A DNA stretch of 64,000 bases from an uncultured Clostridia bacterium (GTDB lineage Bacteria; Bacillota; Clostridia; TANB77; CAG-508): assembly GCA_934168355.1 (NCBI GenBank), contig CAKPNI010000002.1, forward strand, positions 977 to 64,976. The letters run 5' to 3'. Below the pieces are notes generated by a model. It was not told the DNA's origin and made no database searches. It saw only the letters and a list, made by a program, of their open reading frames with translations. Shown one piece after another: positions 29,886-40,657 of the stretch. The position numbers and the translations under genes were made by a program. The first letter of the stretch is position 1; the number at the start of each line of letters is the position of its first letter.

Positions 29886-31025
29886 ATGGACAATTTTACA
29901 TATAGCACAGTTGTTTTTATAACATGCTTTATAATGATAATATTAGTGACTATTGTAAAGTCAAATGAAAATTTTAGCCGGGAGACAAGAAAAGGCTTAA
30001 CAATAGCTTTTATTTTTGTAATCATTGGAGCAACAAGCGAATGGACTTGTGAAATGATTACAAATGGTTACCTTTATAAATTTAATGACATCTGGTTTAT
30101 TAAATTTGTAGAAGCAGCCTTAAGGCTCATTAAGTTTTTACTTATGCCACTAATGCCGGTTGTAGCATCAAAGGCTATTTTTGAAACTGGTGAAAAAAGC
30201 AAATTCGGTAAAATGATATGGGTTGTTTTAAAAGCCTACATTTTATTAGGAGATGGATTATTAGTGGTTGGGTTCATTCAGTTTTTACCTAGCACACCAA
30301 CTCAATTTTACAGGAACATGATGTATAACATATATGTTACAACATTCATCATATCAACTGTATATTTATTTTCTAGTGCGTTTCATTTTAATAAGAGCTT
30401 TCAAAATCGGTATCAGTTGGAACTGGTAGAAATTATGTTACTAGCAACAGTTGGTGTTACCATCCAATTAGCCAATTTGAAAATAAAAACGTGTTGGCTT
30501 ACAATTTCAGTTGCTTCAACATTCATATACATCTATTATAATGAACTTGTTCAATGTTTAGATGGAATGACAGGATTGCTAAATCAGAAAAGTTTTAGCA
30601 ATTATTTGGAGGCAAGGGAAAACGAGGAAAAGAAATGTTTTATAATTATTATGGATGTAAATGATTTCAAATACGTCAATGATAATTATGGACATGAATT
30701 TGGTGACAAAATTCTTATTGAGGTAAGTAAAATAATTAAAGAAACTTACAAAGAATATGGAAAATGTTACCGTATGGGAGGAGATGAGTTTGCAGTTATA
30801 ATGCAAACTGGTTTAAACCAAATAGATACCATAAAGGAGAAATTTATTTCAAGTTTAGAAGTAGCTAGGCTTGAAATACCAGAACTTCCTCATGTATCGT
30901 GGGGATATTCTGAATATAACCCGGAAAACAGAAAATTTCATTCGCTTAAAGATGCAAAACAGGAAGCGGATGATAGGATGTATAAAAATAAGAAAGAGTT
31001 CAAACAAAAATACCCCAAAACTTAA
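29886..31025 (+). CDS. membrane-bound GGDEF-domain diguanylate cyclase
   Basis: Multi-TM N-terminal half, then a C-terminal DVNDFKYVNDNYGHEFGDKIL ... YRMGGDEFAVIM. Contains two in-frame CGG codons. Confidence 0.85.
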   Translation: MDNFTYSTVVFITCFIMIILVTIVKSNENFSRETRKGLTIAFIFVIIGATSEWTCEMITNGYLYKFNDIWFIKFVEAALRLIKFLLMPLMPVVASKAIFETGEKSKFGKMIWVVLKAYILLGDGLLVVGFIQFLPSTPTQFYRNMMYNIYVTTFIISTVYLFSSAFHFNKSFQNRYQLELVEIMLLATVGVTIQLANLKIKTCWLTISVASTFIYIYYNELVQCLDGMTGLLNQKSFSNYLEARENEEKKCFIIIMDVNDFKYVNDNYGHEFGDKILIEVSKIIKETYKEYGKCYRMGGDEFAVIMQTGLNQIDTIKEKFISSLEVARLEIPELPHVSWGYSEYNPENRKFHSLKDAKQEADDRMYKNKKEFKQKYPKT

Positions 31026-31040
31026 ATAAGTGTGAACAGC

Positions 31041-31072
31041 AAAAAGCACAGGAATAACACCTGTGCTTTTTG
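31041..31072 (+). terminator. Rho-independent terminator
   Basis: gcacagg / cctgtgc stem followed by TTTTT. Confidence 0.65.
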
Positions 31073-31112
31073 TGTACACTATATTGCCAAGAAGCAAAAA
31101 ATAATATATAAT

Positions 31113-31173
31113 GACACAAAAAGAACCGGTCCAAATGAGTCATGGCACAAAAAGAACCGGTCCCGATGTGCCA
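31113..31173. repeat. intergenic element copy R4 (two direct half-units)
   Basis: cacaaaaagaaccggtccaaatg and cacaaaaagaaccggtcccgatg. Confidence 0.8.
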
Positions 31174-31187
31174 GAAAGGAAAATCAA

Positions 31188-32096
31188 ATGAAAACAGAGA
31201 AAGTAAAAATCAAATCAAATGTAGACAATCTAGAAATCGAATGTCTGCTAATAATACCAGACACAGAAATAAAAGGAATTGTGCAACTAGCACATGGAAT
31301 GAATGAATACAAAGAAAGATATATCGATTTTATGGGATTTTTAGCTCAAAACGGATATGCTTGTATAATAAATGACCATCGCGGGCATGGAAAAAGCATA
31401 AAAAATAAAGAAGACATAGGATATTTTTACGATAGCAAAGCAGAAGCGGTAATTGAAGATTTATATCAAATTACTGAATATATGAAAGAAAGATTTCTGA
31501 ACAAAAAAATTATATTATTTGGGCACAGTATGGGTTCAATGATAGTTAGAAAATATATAGCTAAATATGATGATAAAATTGATGGTTTAATAGTGTGTGG
31601 TTCACCAAGTGAGAACAAAAATGCTAAATTTGGATTAATGTTAATAAAAATAGCTGAAATTTTCAAAGGTGAAAAATATCGTAGTAAGCTACTTAAAAAA
31701 TTAATGTTTGGAGGTTTCAATAAGAAAAATGAAACAATAAATAGTTGGATTTGCACAAATGAAGATATTGTAGAAAAATATAATAAAGACAATCTTTGTA
31801 GGTATGACTACACATTAAATGGATTGGAAAATATTGTAAGATTAATGATAGATATTTATAACCCAAAAATATATAAAAAAAATAATTTAAATCTTCCAAT
31901 TTATTTTATAGCAGGAAGTGAAGACCCTGTTATAACATCAATAGAAAAATGGAATAAAGCACAGGAATTTCTTATGAAACAGGGCTATACAAACATCAGT
32001 GGAACCTTATTTGAAAATATGAGACATGAAATTTTAAATGAAACACAAAATAAAATGGTATATGATGATATTTTAATATGGATAGAAAAAATATAG
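31188..32096 (+). CDS. alpha/beta hydrolase (lysophospholipase/monoacylglycerol-lipase-like)
   Basis: HGMNEY ... DHRGHGKS ... LFGHSMGS nucleophile elbow. ATG 31188 follows AAAGGAAAA. The upstream ORF extension covers a terminator and a repeat element. Confidence 0.8.
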   Translation: MKTEKVKIKSNVDNLEIECLLIIPDTEIKGIVQLAHGMNEYKERYIDFMGFLAQNGYACIINDHRGHGKSIKNKEDIGYFYDSKAEAVIEDLYQITEYMKERFLNKKIILFGHSMGSMIVRKYIAKYDDKIDGLIVCGSPSENKNAKFGLMLIKIAEIFKGEKYRSKLLKKLMFGGFNKKNETINSWICTNEDIVEKYNKDNLCRYDYTLNGLENIVRLMIDIYNPKIYKKNNLNLPIYFIAGSEDPVITSIEKWNKAQEFLMKQGYTNISGTLFENMRHEILNETQNKMVYDDILIWIEKI

Positions 32097-32167
32097 AAAA
32101 AAACTGTACAAAAAAGAAAATATGAGATATAATCAAAACACAAAGTAAAAGAGAGGATGAAGTAAAA

Positions 32168-32869
32168 ATGAAAAAGAAAATTTTAATTATCGCAGGAATT
32201 ATATTAGTTTTAATAGTCGCAATAATTGCATACACAGTAGTAACAGATATGAAACAAGAAGAAAAGCTAACAGAAGAATTTAAATATATAGATGGATTAG
32301 TAGAAAAAGAAGAAACAGAAACAGACGAAATAAAAGAAGCATTAGAAAGAACAGTAACTACAAGGGGAGATTATTTAAAAACAGAAAAAGCATATAAACA
32401 ATATCTAAAAGATGCATACAAAAATATGGAAACAATGACAAATATCCTAGAAGATGAAAGAATAGAAAATAGTTTAACTCCTGAAAACTACAAAGAAGAT
32501 GGACCTGAATTTGAAAAAACAAAAAAATACCTAGCAGAAACAAAGCAAAGCCTAGAAGATGGAAAAAATAAATTCTATGAATTATTAACAGAAGATGGAG
32601 CAATGAAATATATAAAAGACCAAAATGTAGATTCTTATTATGAAGAAATATATAATAAAGAAATACAAGGATATATCAACTTAGAAGAAAAAGAAGGAGA
32701 TACACTAAAAGATTCAATTGATGATGTAATAGATGTACTTACAATATCAGAAAAAGTAATTAACTTCTTAAGCGAAAACAAAGACTCATGGGAAATTGAA
32801 GATGATAGCATAGTATTTGATACAGAAAAACTATCAGACGAATATGATAATCTAATATCAGAAATATAA
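32168..32869 (+). CDS. membrane-anchored acidic hypothetical protein
   Basis: MKKKILIIAGIILVLIVAIIAY anchor followed by a Glu/Lys-rich region. No family recognised. Confidence 0.5.
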   Translation: MKKKILIIAGIILVLIVAIIAYTVVTDMKQEEKLTEEFKYIDGLVEKEETETDEIKEALERTVTTRGDYLKTEKAYKQYLKDAYKNMETMTNILEDERIENSLTPENYKEDGPEFEKTKKYLAETKQSLEDGKNKFYELLTEDGAMKYIKDQNVDSYYEEIYNKEIQGYINLEEKEGDTLKDSIDDVIDVLTISEKVINFLSENKDSWEIEDDSIVFDTEKLSDEYDNLISEI

Positions 32870-32953
32870 AAAAGGGTTTGTTTGCAAAATAAATTTGCAA
32901 GCAAAGTCTTTTTTATATGTTAAGTAAATATACTAATTAAAGAAAGGAAAAAA

Positions 32954-33520
32954 ATGGGAGTAGTAGAATTATTATTATTAAGTGTAGGCCTTGCAATGGA
33001 TGCATTTGCAGTATCAATATGCAAAGGAATATCAATGAAAAAAATGAATTGGAAAAAAGCCATAATAATAGGTTTATATTTTGGAGGGTTTCAAGCCTTA
33101 ATGCCAACATTAGGATTTTTCCTTGGAGCAGTATTTCAAAACTTAATAACAAGTATAGACCACTGGATTGCGTTTATATTACTTGGAATTATTGGTGGAG
33201 AAATGATAAAAGAATCGTTTGATGATGACAGTGAAAACAAAAATGATGATGTAAGTTTTAAAACAATGATAGTTCTAGCAATTGCAACAAGTATAGATGC
33301 ATTAGCAATAGGAATAACCTTTGCATTTCTAAAAGTAAATTTAGTATTAGCAGTAAGTTTAATTGGAATTATAACTTTTATTTTATCTGTTGCAGGAACT
33401 AAAATAGGAAATAGATTTGGAGATAAATATGAAAATAAAGCAGAATTAGTTGGAGGAATAATTTTAGTATTACTGGGAATTAAAATATTATTGGAGCATT
33501 TGGGAGTAATAGCATTTTAG
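32954..33520 (+). CDS. mntP: manganese efflux pump MntP
   Basis: [19 protein letters not shown] and a second half with [15 protein letters not shown] (duplicated DUF204 motifs). Confidence 0.85.
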   Translation: MGVVELLLLSVGLAMDAFAVSICKGISMKKMNWKKAIIIGLYFGGFQALMPTLGFFLGAVFQNLITSIDHWIAFILLGIIGGEMIKESFDDDSENKNDDVSFKTMIVLAIATSIDALAIGITFAFLKVNLVLAVSLIGIITFILSVAGTKIGNRFGDKYENKAELVGGIILVLLGIKILLEHLGVIAF

Positions 33521-33588
33521 AAATTTAATATGTAACTTAGAAAAACTTCTTTTCATACAATATAAAAAAGTATGAAAGGAAGTTTTTT

Positions 33589-34269
33589 ATGGATTACGAA
33601 TTAATGATGAATTCAAACATCAAAATAGGGCAAAAAGCGCCAGATTTTACTGCAGTAACTACATATGGGGATAGAAGTTTAAAAGATTATAAGGGAAAAT
33701 GGCTAGTATTTTTCAGTCATCCAGGCGATTTTACACCTGTATGTACGACCGAGATGATAGCTTTTTCTAAGTCATATCAATATTTTCAAAAAATGAATAC
33801 AGAATTATTAGGATTAAGTATAGATAGTAATAGTTCACATTTAGCTTGGATGAATGATATATTTAAAAGAACAGGAATTGTAATTCCATTTCCGATAGTT
33901 GCAGACAGAAGTGGAGAGATTGCAAGAATGTTTGGAATGATATCAAAAGATGTGAGTAATACTCAAACTGTAAGAGATGTTATAATAATAGATCCGAATG
34001 GAATTGTAAGAATAATTTTAACATATCCACTAAATGTAGGAAGAAATATTGCAGAGATAATAAGAGCTGTTCAAGCGCTACAAATGGCAGATTGTGAAAA
34101 TGCGTCTACTCCTGTAAATTGGATACCAGGAAATCCGGTAATTGTTCCTGCACCTAAGACGTATCCAGAATTGGTAGAACGACAAAAGTTTATTGAGGAA
34201 AATAATAATGGTGTTAGTTGGTATTTGAGTTTTAAAGAACCAGATGGAAAGTGTTTGAAAGATGAATAA
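33589..34269 (+). CDS. peroxiredoxin (Prx6-like, AhpC/TSA family)
   Basis: WLVFFSHPGDFTPVCTTE active-site motif. Confidence 0.85.
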   Translation: MDYELMMNSNIKIGQKAPDFTAVTTYGDRSLKDYKGKWLVFFSHPGDFTPVCTTEMIAFSKSYQYFQKMNTELLGLSIDSNSSHLAWMNDIFKRTGIVIPFPIVADRSGEIARMFGMISKDVSNTQTVRDVIIIDPNGIVRIILTYPLNVGRNIAEIIRAVQALQMADCENASTPVNWIPGNPVIVPAPKTYPELVERQKFIEENNNGVSWYLSFKEPDGKCLKDE

Positions 34270-34320
34270 TTTCTGATTGGGGGCGGTTTTTTGCGAAAAG
34301 AACCGTCCCCAATCAGAAAT
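34269..34320. repeat. intergenic palindromic element copy R5
   Basis: atttctgattgggggcggttttttgcgaaaagaaccgtccccaatcagaaat. Confidence 0.85.
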
Positions 34321-34396
34321 TTATACTGACCTCTCAGTCCAATTACCAATAAAGAAAAAGTATGTTATAAATATATCGGACAAAGGAGGAAGGCAA

Positions 34397-36130
34397 ATGT
34401 CAGAAAGAATATATGAATATCAAGAAATAAAAGACTTAAAAGACATGCTACAAAAATCTGGTGAAAAATACGGAGAAAAAATAGCATACAAAATAAAAAT
34501 AGATAAAAACAAATACAAAACATATACACATAAAGAAATAAGACAAAAGATAAACTATTTAGGAACAAGGCTTATAAACTTAGGATTAAAAGACAAAAGA
34601 ATAGCAGTAATTGGAGAAAACAGATATGAGTGGGAAATAGCATATCTATCCATAGTATGTGGAACAGGTATAGTTGTGCCATTAGATAAATCTTTACCAG
34701 AAAATGAACTAGAAAAAGTGATAGAACGTTCTGGAGTTGAAGCTATTTTCTATTCGGAAAAATACGAGGAAAGTTTAAGGACAATAGTAAGAAGAGGAAT
34801 TGGAAAACTAAAAACCTTAATATCAATGGACTTAAAACATCATACAGAGGGGATATATTCACAAAAAGAATTAATAAATGAAGGTAAAGTGTTAGTAGAA
34901 AATGGAGATAATAGCTTCATAAACGCAAAAATTGACAATGAAAAAATGTCAATAATGTTATTTACATCTGGAACAACATCAGATTCAAAAATAGTTGTAC
35001 TATCACATAAAAATTTGGTATCAAACCTAATGGATATAGCATCAGTTATAGATATAAATTCAGATGATGTATTTTTATCATTTTTACCACTTCATCACGT
35101 TTTTGAATGTACAGTTGGATTTTTATTTTCATTATATGTGGGAGCTCAAACTGTATTTTGTGATGGAATAAGATATATTGTGGACAATTTGAAAGAATAC
35201 AAAGTAAGTGTAATGGCATCAGTTCCTGCAATTTATGAAAGGATTTTTAAAATTATTAGAAGAGAAATAGCAGAAAGTCAGAATCTAGAAGAAATACTTG
35301 CAAATGAAGAAAAATATAAAAATTCATCAATGGAAGAAAAGAAAAAAGTATTTAAAAACATACATGACATGCTAGGTGGGAACATAAAACTTCTAATTAG
35401 TGGGGCGGCAAGTTTGGACAAAGAAATAGAAGACAAATACAGAAAATTGGGACTTAACCTAGTTCAAGGTTATGGGCTTACAGAAACCTCTCCTGTTATA
35501 GGAATAGGAACAAAAAAATATCATAAAACAGGTTCAATTGGAAAAACAGTTCCATCAGTAGAAGCAAGGCTAGTAGATTGTAATAAAGAAGGAATTGGAG
35601 AATTAATTGTAAAAGGTCCAAACATAATGCTAGAATACTATCAAAATGAAAAGGCAACAAAAGATGCAATTGTAGACGGATGGTTTTACACAGGGGATTT
35701 AGCGAAAATAGATGATGAGGGATATATTTTTATTTGTGGAAGAAAGAAAAATGTGATTGTATTGAAAAATGGTAAAAACATTTATCCTGAAGAAATGGAA
35801 AATCTTTTAAATAAAATTGAAGGTGTTGAAGAATCTTTCATATATGGAAAACAGCTGTCAGGAGATAAAGAAAATATAAAAATATATGCAAAGATAGTTT
35901 ATGATGAGAATGTTGTGAAAAATGCATATAAGGTTGAAACAGAAAAAGAAATTCATGATGAAATTGCTAAGAAAATCAGAGAAATCAACAGTCTTATGCC
36001 TAAGTATAAAGCAATAAGAGGTTTTAGTTTAACACAGGAACCACTTATAAAAACTACTACAAACAAGCTTAAAAGACAGCAAAATTTAGAGAAGATTTTA
36101 GAGGAAGAAAAAATTAATGGTAGATGTTAA
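34397..36130 (+). CDS. AMP-dependent long-chain-fatty-acid--CoA ligase
   Basis: MLFTSGTTSDSK, GYGLTETS and YTGDLAKIDDEGYIFICGRKKNVIVLKNGKNIYPEE motifs. ATG 34397 follows AAAGGAGGAAGG. Confidence 0.85.
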   Translation: MSERIYEYQEIKDLKDMLQKSGEKYGEKIAYKIKIDKNKYKTYTHKEIRQKINYLGTRLINLGLKDKRIAVIGENRYEWEIAYLSIVCGTGIVVPLDKSLPENELEKVIERSGVEAIFYSEKYEESLRTIVRRGIGKLKTLISMDLKHHTEGIYSQKELINEGKVLVENGDNSFINAKIDNEKMSIMLFTSGTTSDSKIVVLSHKNLVSNLMDIASVIDINSDDVFLSFLPLHHVFECTVGFLFSLYVGAQTVFCDGIRYIVDNLKEYKVSVMASVPAIYERIFKIIRREIAESQNLEEILANEEKYKNSSMEEKKKVFKNIHDMLGGNIKLLISGAASLDKEIEDKYRKLGLNLVQGYGLTETSPVIGIGTKKYHKTGSIGKTVPSVEARLVDCNKEGIGELIVKGPNIMLEYYQNEKATKDAIVDGWFYTGDLAKIDDEGYIFICGRKKNVIVLKNGKNIYPEEMENLLNKIEGVEESFIYGKQLSGDKENIKIYAKIVYDENVVKNAYKVETEKEIHDEIAKKIREINSLMPKYKAIRGFSLTQEPLIKTTTNKLKRQQNLEKILEEEKINGRC

Positions 36131-36677
36131 TTTGAGAGAAGGAATGATTGAATGTGGAAGTTTCAAGGTTTTTCACTATAAGAAAATAGATTCTACTCAA
36201 AAGGAAATATGGAGAAGAGTGAAAAGTGGAACTATAGAAGATAGAACCATGATTATAGCAGATATTCAAACTGCAGGAATAGGAACTCATGGTAGAGTTT
36301 GGCATACAGACGAAGAAAATAATATTGCATTTTCGGTTTATTTTGATTTTATCGGTAAAAATCGCAGGATAGATGAATTCGAGGGATTAACTGTTGAAAT
36401 AGCTAAAAAGATTGTTGATGTTTTTGAGAATTTGTATGGGATTAGGTTGGATATTAAGTTTCCAAATGATATTTATTGCAATGGAAAAAAATTAGGCGGA
36501 ATTTTGACTGAAACTAAGGTTCAAGATGGTTTGGTTAGATGTGTTGTTATTGGGATTGGAATTAATACTAATCAGGTTCAGTTTACAGATGAGATTGATG
36601 GGATTGCGACTTCGATTAGACGAGAATTTGGGATTGAGGTTGATAATGAGAAAGTAATTTTTAGTATTTATCATTAA
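36117..36677 (+). CDS. birA: biotin--protein ligase catalytic domain (short BirA-like, 186 aa)
   Basis: IIADIQTAGIGTHGRVWHT ... KFPNDIYCNGKKLGGILTE matches the BPL catalytic core. It has no N-terminal HTH and apparently no C-terminal domain, and it ends directly at a repeat element. Confidence 0.65.
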   Translation: MVDVNLREGMIECGSFKVFHYKKIDSTQKEIWRRVKSGTIEDRTMIIADIQTAGIGTHGRVWHTDEENNIAFSVYFDFIGKNRRIDEFEGLTVEIAKKIVDVFENLYGIRLDIKFPNDIYCNGKKLGGILTETKVQDGLVRCVVIGIGINTNQVQFTDEIDGIATSIRREFGIEVDNEKVIFSIYH

Positions 36678-36763
36678 GATCGTTTCTTTTTCCATTGGGA
36701 CCGTTTCCTTTTGCGAAAAGATCGTTTCTTTTTCCACTGGGACCGTTTCCTTTCGCGAAAAAA
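36678..36763. repeat. intergenic element copy R6 (two tandem ~42-nt units, inverted orientation)
   Basis: gatcgtttctttttccattgggaccgtttccttttgcgaaaa repeated with 3 differences, between birA-like and fabD. Confidence 0.85.
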
Positions 36764-36795
36764 GATGTTGATACAAAAATAGGAGGAAAATTTTA

Positions 36796-37653
36796 ATGAA
36801 AACAGGTTTTTTATTTCCCGGCCAAGGTTCACAATTTGTTGGAATGGGAAAAGAATTATATGAAAGTGATGAAGATGCAAGGAAAATATATGATAAGGTA
36901 AAAGAAATAACAAAAATTGATATAGCAAAAATATCTTTTGAGGGACCAGAAGAAGTTTTAAATCAAACAAAATATACTCAGCTTGCAATTCTTACAAATA
37001 GTTTAGCTAAGCTTAAAGTACTAGAAAAGCAAGGAGTAAAAGCTGAAGTTTCAGCTGGTTTAAGCTTAGGAGAATATACAGCACTTATATATAGCAAGGC
37101 AATTTCATTTGAGGACGGAGTAAAAATTGTTCAAAAACGAGGAGAACTAATGCAAGATTTAGCACCTAAAGGAAATTGGCAAATGGCTGCAATTTTGGGA
37201 GCTTCAGATGAAATGGTAGAAAATTTGTGCAAAAATGTAAGCAAAGGTTTTGCAGTTCCAGTTAATTATAATTGCCCCGGGCAAGTTGTTGTTACAGGTG
37301 ATGAAGATGGAATTGCTATGCTTCAGGATTTGGCAAAAGAAGCAGGTGTTAGAAAGGTTAGAGTTTTAAAAACATCAGGACCTTTTCATACGGAGATGTT
37401 AAAGGAAAGTTCGGAAGCTTTGAGAAAAGAATTAGATAAAATTGAGATACATGAGTTTGAAAGTAAGGTTGTTAAAAATCTTGATGGAGAGGTTTATTCA
37501 AATGGTGATAATGTAAGAGATATTTTGGCTAAACATATTGTTAGTCCGGTTAGGTTTTCGAAGTGTTTGATGACCATGAAAGAGCTTGGTGTCGACAATT
37601 TTGTTGAGGTCGGACCGGGGAAAGTTTTAAGTGGATTTGTGAAGAGGATGTGA
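36796..37653 (+). CDS. fabD: malonyl CoA-ACP transacylase
   Basis: FLFPGQGSQFVGMG and GLSLGEYTAL motifs. Confidence 0.95.
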   Translation: MKTGFLFPGQGSQFVGMGKELYESDEDARKIYDKVKEITKIDIAKISFEGPEEVLNQTKYTQLAILTNSLAKLKVLEKQGVKAEVSAGLSLGEYTALIYSKAISFEDGVKIVQKRGELMQDLAPKGNWQMAAILGASDEMVENLCKNVSKGFAVPVNYNCPGQVVVTGDEDGIAMLQDLAKEAGVRKVRVLKTSGPFHTEMLKESSEALRKELDKIEIHEFESKVVKNLDGEVYSNGDNVRDILAKHIVSPVRFSKCLMTMKELGVDNFVEVGPGKVLSGFVKRM

Positions 37654-37706
37654 TTTTGAAATGGGGACGGTTCCTTTTTCAAAAAAGAACCGTCCCCATT
37701 TCAAAA
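37654..37706. repeat. intergenic palindromic element copy R7
   Basis: ttttgaaatggggacggttcctttttcaaaaaagaaccgtccccatttcaaaa, between fabD and fabG. Confidence 0.9.
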
Positions 37707-37721
37707 AAGGAGGAGAAGATT

Positions 37722-38453
37722 ATGTCAGTAGCATTAATAACAGGAGCGACAAGAGGAATAGGAAAGGCGATTGCAATAAAATTAAGCAAAGAAGGTTATG
37801 ATATTGCAATTAATTATAGAAAAGAAAATGAAGAATTAAATAATTTGAAAAAAGAGATTGAAGAAAATAATGTGAAATGTGAACTAGTCCAAGGGGATGT
37901 TTCAAATTTTGAAGATACTGAAAAGTTTGTAAAGGAAACAGTTGAAAAACTAGGTTCAATTGATGTACTTGTAAATAATGCAGGTATCACAAAAGATATG
38001 TTACTTATGAGAATGAAACATGAAGATTTTAAACAAGTTATAGATACTAATTTGATAGGTACTTTTAATGTTACCAAAAATGTAATAGGTTATATGATGA
38101 AAGCAAGAAAAGGTAATATTGTAAATATTTCTTCTGTTGTCGGAATTTCAGGAAATGCTGGCCAAACAAATTATTCTGCTTCAAAAGCTGGAATTATTGG
38201 TTTTACTAAAAGCTTAGCAAAAGAGGTAGCTTCTAGGAATATTAGAGTAAATGCTGTTGCACCGGGGTTTATTGAAACTAGTATGACCGATATTTTGAAA
38301 GAGGAGATTAAAGAGGAGATAAGTAAGAATATTCCTTTAAAGAGGATGGGAACAGCTGAAGATGTTGCAAATGCTGTTAAGTTTTTAGTATCTGAAGAGA
38401 GTTCTTATATAACTGGGCAAGTTATTCAGGTTGATGGTGGAATGCTTATGTAA
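37722..38453 (+). CDS. fabG: 3-oxoacyl-ACP reductase
   Basis: ITGATRGIGKAIA, NNAGIT and YSASKAG motifs. ATG 37722 follows AAGGAGGAG. Confidence 0.95.
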   Translation: MSVALITGATRGIGKAIAIKLSKEGYDIAINYRKENEELNNLKKEIEENNVKCELVQGDVSNFEDTEKFVKETVEKLGSIDVLVNNAGITKDMLLMRMKHEDFKQVIDTNLIGTFNVTKNVIGYMMKARKGNIVNISSVVGISGNAGQTNYSASKAGIIGFTKSLAKEVASRNIRVNAVAPGFIETSMTDILKEEIKEEISKNIPLKRMGTAEDVANAVKFLVSEESSYITGQVIQVDGGMLM

Positions 38454-38518
38454 CCAAAAAGTCAATATTCGTAGAAAACGAATACTGACTTGATGGTTTG
38501 AAATGATGAATTGATGAT

Positions 38519-38824
38519 TTAATGATTTTTTTTGGTTCTGTATATGTAAATTGTTGAAGAACCAATCATTTCTTTCCTCCAAAATGTGTATGACCAACCA
38601 AGTGATTTGAGAATACTTGCTGCTGAGGTTTCAAACATTATTGGAGAAAAAGTGGGATTATATTTTATCCCAATATAATCGGGAACACTGGTCATTGGGA
38701 AAAGATAAAAATTAATTTGGTTTAATATATCAATCCGTAAACGGTAATCTCTTAGACCAGTACTATCTTTTAAAGTGTCATCCCGTAATTTGTAAATGTT
38801 TTGAATCATCTCTTCATAGTTCAT
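38519..38824 (-). CDS. hypothetical protein (101 aa), antisense to the fab cluster
   Basis: Good RBS (AAGGAGGTATGCATA-ATG) and no recognised family. It occupies the fabG-fabF gap where acpP often lies. Contains two in-frame CGG codons. Confidence 0.5.
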   Translation of the reverse strand: MNYEEMIQNIYKLRDDTLKDSTGLRDYRLRIDILNQINFYLFPMTSVPDYIGIKYNPTFSPIMFETSAASILKSLGWSYTFWRKEMIGSSTIYIYRTKKNH

Positions 38825-38956
38825 TATGCATACCTCCTTGAGTATATATTATGTAAATATAATATCACAAAATGATTGAAATTTCAATACTTGAAGAGGA
38901 AAAAAATGGAAAATGGTGTATTTTTTTAGAATTTAGTAAATGAAAGGAATTTTCAA

Positions 38957-40198
38957 ATGGAAAAAAGAGTTGTAATTACAGGAATAGGTGCAATAACACC
39001 AATAGGAAATAATACAAAAGAATTATGGAAAGGAATTCTACAAAAAAAATGTGGAATAGAACCAATAAAAAGTTTTGATGCGACAGGATATAAAACATCA
39101 CTTGCAGCAGAAATAAAAAATTATAATCCACTTGATTACTTTGATGCAAAACAAGCAAAAAGATTGGACAAATGCTCACAATATGCGATAATAGCAGCAA
39201 GAGAAGCTTTCAAAGATAGTCAAATAAATAAGGAAAACACAGATTTTGAAAAAATAGGTGTATTTGTGGGTTCAGGAATTGGAGGGCTAAAAACAATTCA
39301 AGACCAATGTGAGATAAATTGCACAAAAGGGCATAATAGGATATCTCCAATGTTTATACCAATGTCAATATGTAACATGCCAGCAGGAAATATTGCAATA
39401 GACCTAGGCTTAAAAGGAGAATCAATTTCGACTGTTTCAGCATGTAGTTCATCAACTCATGCAATAGGAGAAGCTTATAGAACAATAAAATATGGAGCAG
39501 AAGATGTAATTTTAGCAGGTGGAACTGAAAGTTCAATTTGTGAAGTTGGAATTGCAGGATTTGAGAATATGAAAGCATTATCATATGCTACAGACCCAAA
39601 TAGAGCAAGCATCCCATTTGACAAAGAAAGAAGTGGATTTGTAATGGGAGAAGGAGCTGGAGTTCTTGTATTAGAAGAATTAGAACATGCCATCAAAAGA
39701 GGAGCAAAAATATATGCCGAAGTAATTGGATATGGAGCAACTTCAGATGCATATCACATAACATCACCTGCACCAAATGGAGAAGGTGGAGCAAGAGCAA
39801 TGAAAAGAGCAATAGAAGATGCAAAAATCAATCCAGAAGATATAGATTATATAAATGCTCATGGTACATCAACACATTTAAATGATAGCTTGGAGACAAT
39901 GGCAATAAAAACAGCATTAGGTGAAGTTGCAAGCAAAAAAGTTATGGTAAGTTCAACAAAATCAAACATGGGACATATGCTAGGTGCTGCAGGAGGAGTT
40001 GAAGCGATAGTTTGCTCGCAAGCAATAAATAGCGGAATTGTACCTCCAACTATAAATTATCAAGTTAAAGACGAAGAATGTGATTTAGACATTGTGCCAA
40101 ATGAGATTAGAGAGGCAAATTTGAAGGTAGTAATGTCAAATTCGCTTGGATTTGGTGGACATAATGCAAGTATAATTTTGAGAAAGTATGAAAAATAA
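38957..40198 (+). CDS. fabF: 3-oxoacyl-ACP synthase II
   Basis: VSACSSSTHAIG, NAHGTSTHLND and GHMLGAAG motifs. Confidence 0.95.
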   Translation: MEKRVVITGIGAITPIGNNTKELWKGILQKKCGIEPIKSFDATGYKTSLAAEIKNYNPLDYFDAKQAKRLDKCSQYAIIAAREAFKDSQINKENTDFEKIGVFVGSGIGGLKTIQDQCEINCTKGHNRISPMFIPMSICNMPAGNIAIDLGLKGESISTVSACSSSTHAIGEAYRTIKYGAEDVILAGGTESSICEVGIAGFENMKALSYATDPNRASIPFDKERSGFVMGEGAGVLVLEELEHAIKRGAKIYAEVIGYGATSDAYHITSPAPNGEGGARAMKRAIEDAKINPEDIDYINAHGTSTHLNDSLETMAIKTALGEVASKKVMVSSTKSNMGHMLGAAGGVEAIVCSQAINSGIVPPTINYQVKDEECDLDIVPNEIREANLKVVMSNSLGFGGHNASIILRKYEK

Positions 40199-40210
40199 GG
40201 AGCAAATATT

Positions 40211-40657
40211 ATGGAATACGAAAAAATAATACAGTTAATAAACGATTTTGGAAATTCTAAATTAAATAATCTTAAATTAGATTTTCCAGATGGCACTAAG
40301 ATTGACATGAGTAAAAATGAGGAAAAGGTTAAGATTATTGAAACAAGTACCGATTTGAATAAAGAACTTCAAAATGAGGTTGAAGTTACGGAGAATGCAA
40401 AGGAAAAAAATAATTTAAATAGTGGAAATATTATTACATCACCTATGGTTGGAACATTTTATTTAAAGCCATCACCAAATGCTGAACCTTATGTTAAAGT
40501 TGGGCAAAGAGTAAAAAAAGGAGATGTGCTTTGTATAATTGAGGCTATGAAACTTATGAATGAAATTGAGTCTGAATATGATGGTGTTGTAGAGGAAATT
40601 TTGGTTAAGGATAGCGAAAGTGTGGAATATGGGAAGCCGTTGTTTAGAATTTCGTGA
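40211..40657 (+). CDS. accB: biotin carboxyl carrier protein of acetyl-CoA carboxylase
   Basis: [13 protein letters not shown] biotinylation motif. Confidence 0.95.
   Translation: MEYEKIIQLINDFGNSKLNNLKLDFPDGTKIDMSKNEEKVKIIETSTDLNKELQNEVEVTENAKEKNNLNSGNIITSPMVGTFYLKPSPNAEPYVKVGQRVKKGDVLCIIEAMKLMNEIESEYDGVVEEILVKDSESVEYGKPLFRIS

Noticed and set aside
32870-32953. A manganese (yybP-ykoY) riboswitch upstream of mntP.
   Set aside because: The spacer is only about 85 nt. Most of it is the terminator hairpin of the upstream gene plus AT-rich promoter-like sequence, which leaves no room for the four-helix riboswitch architecture.
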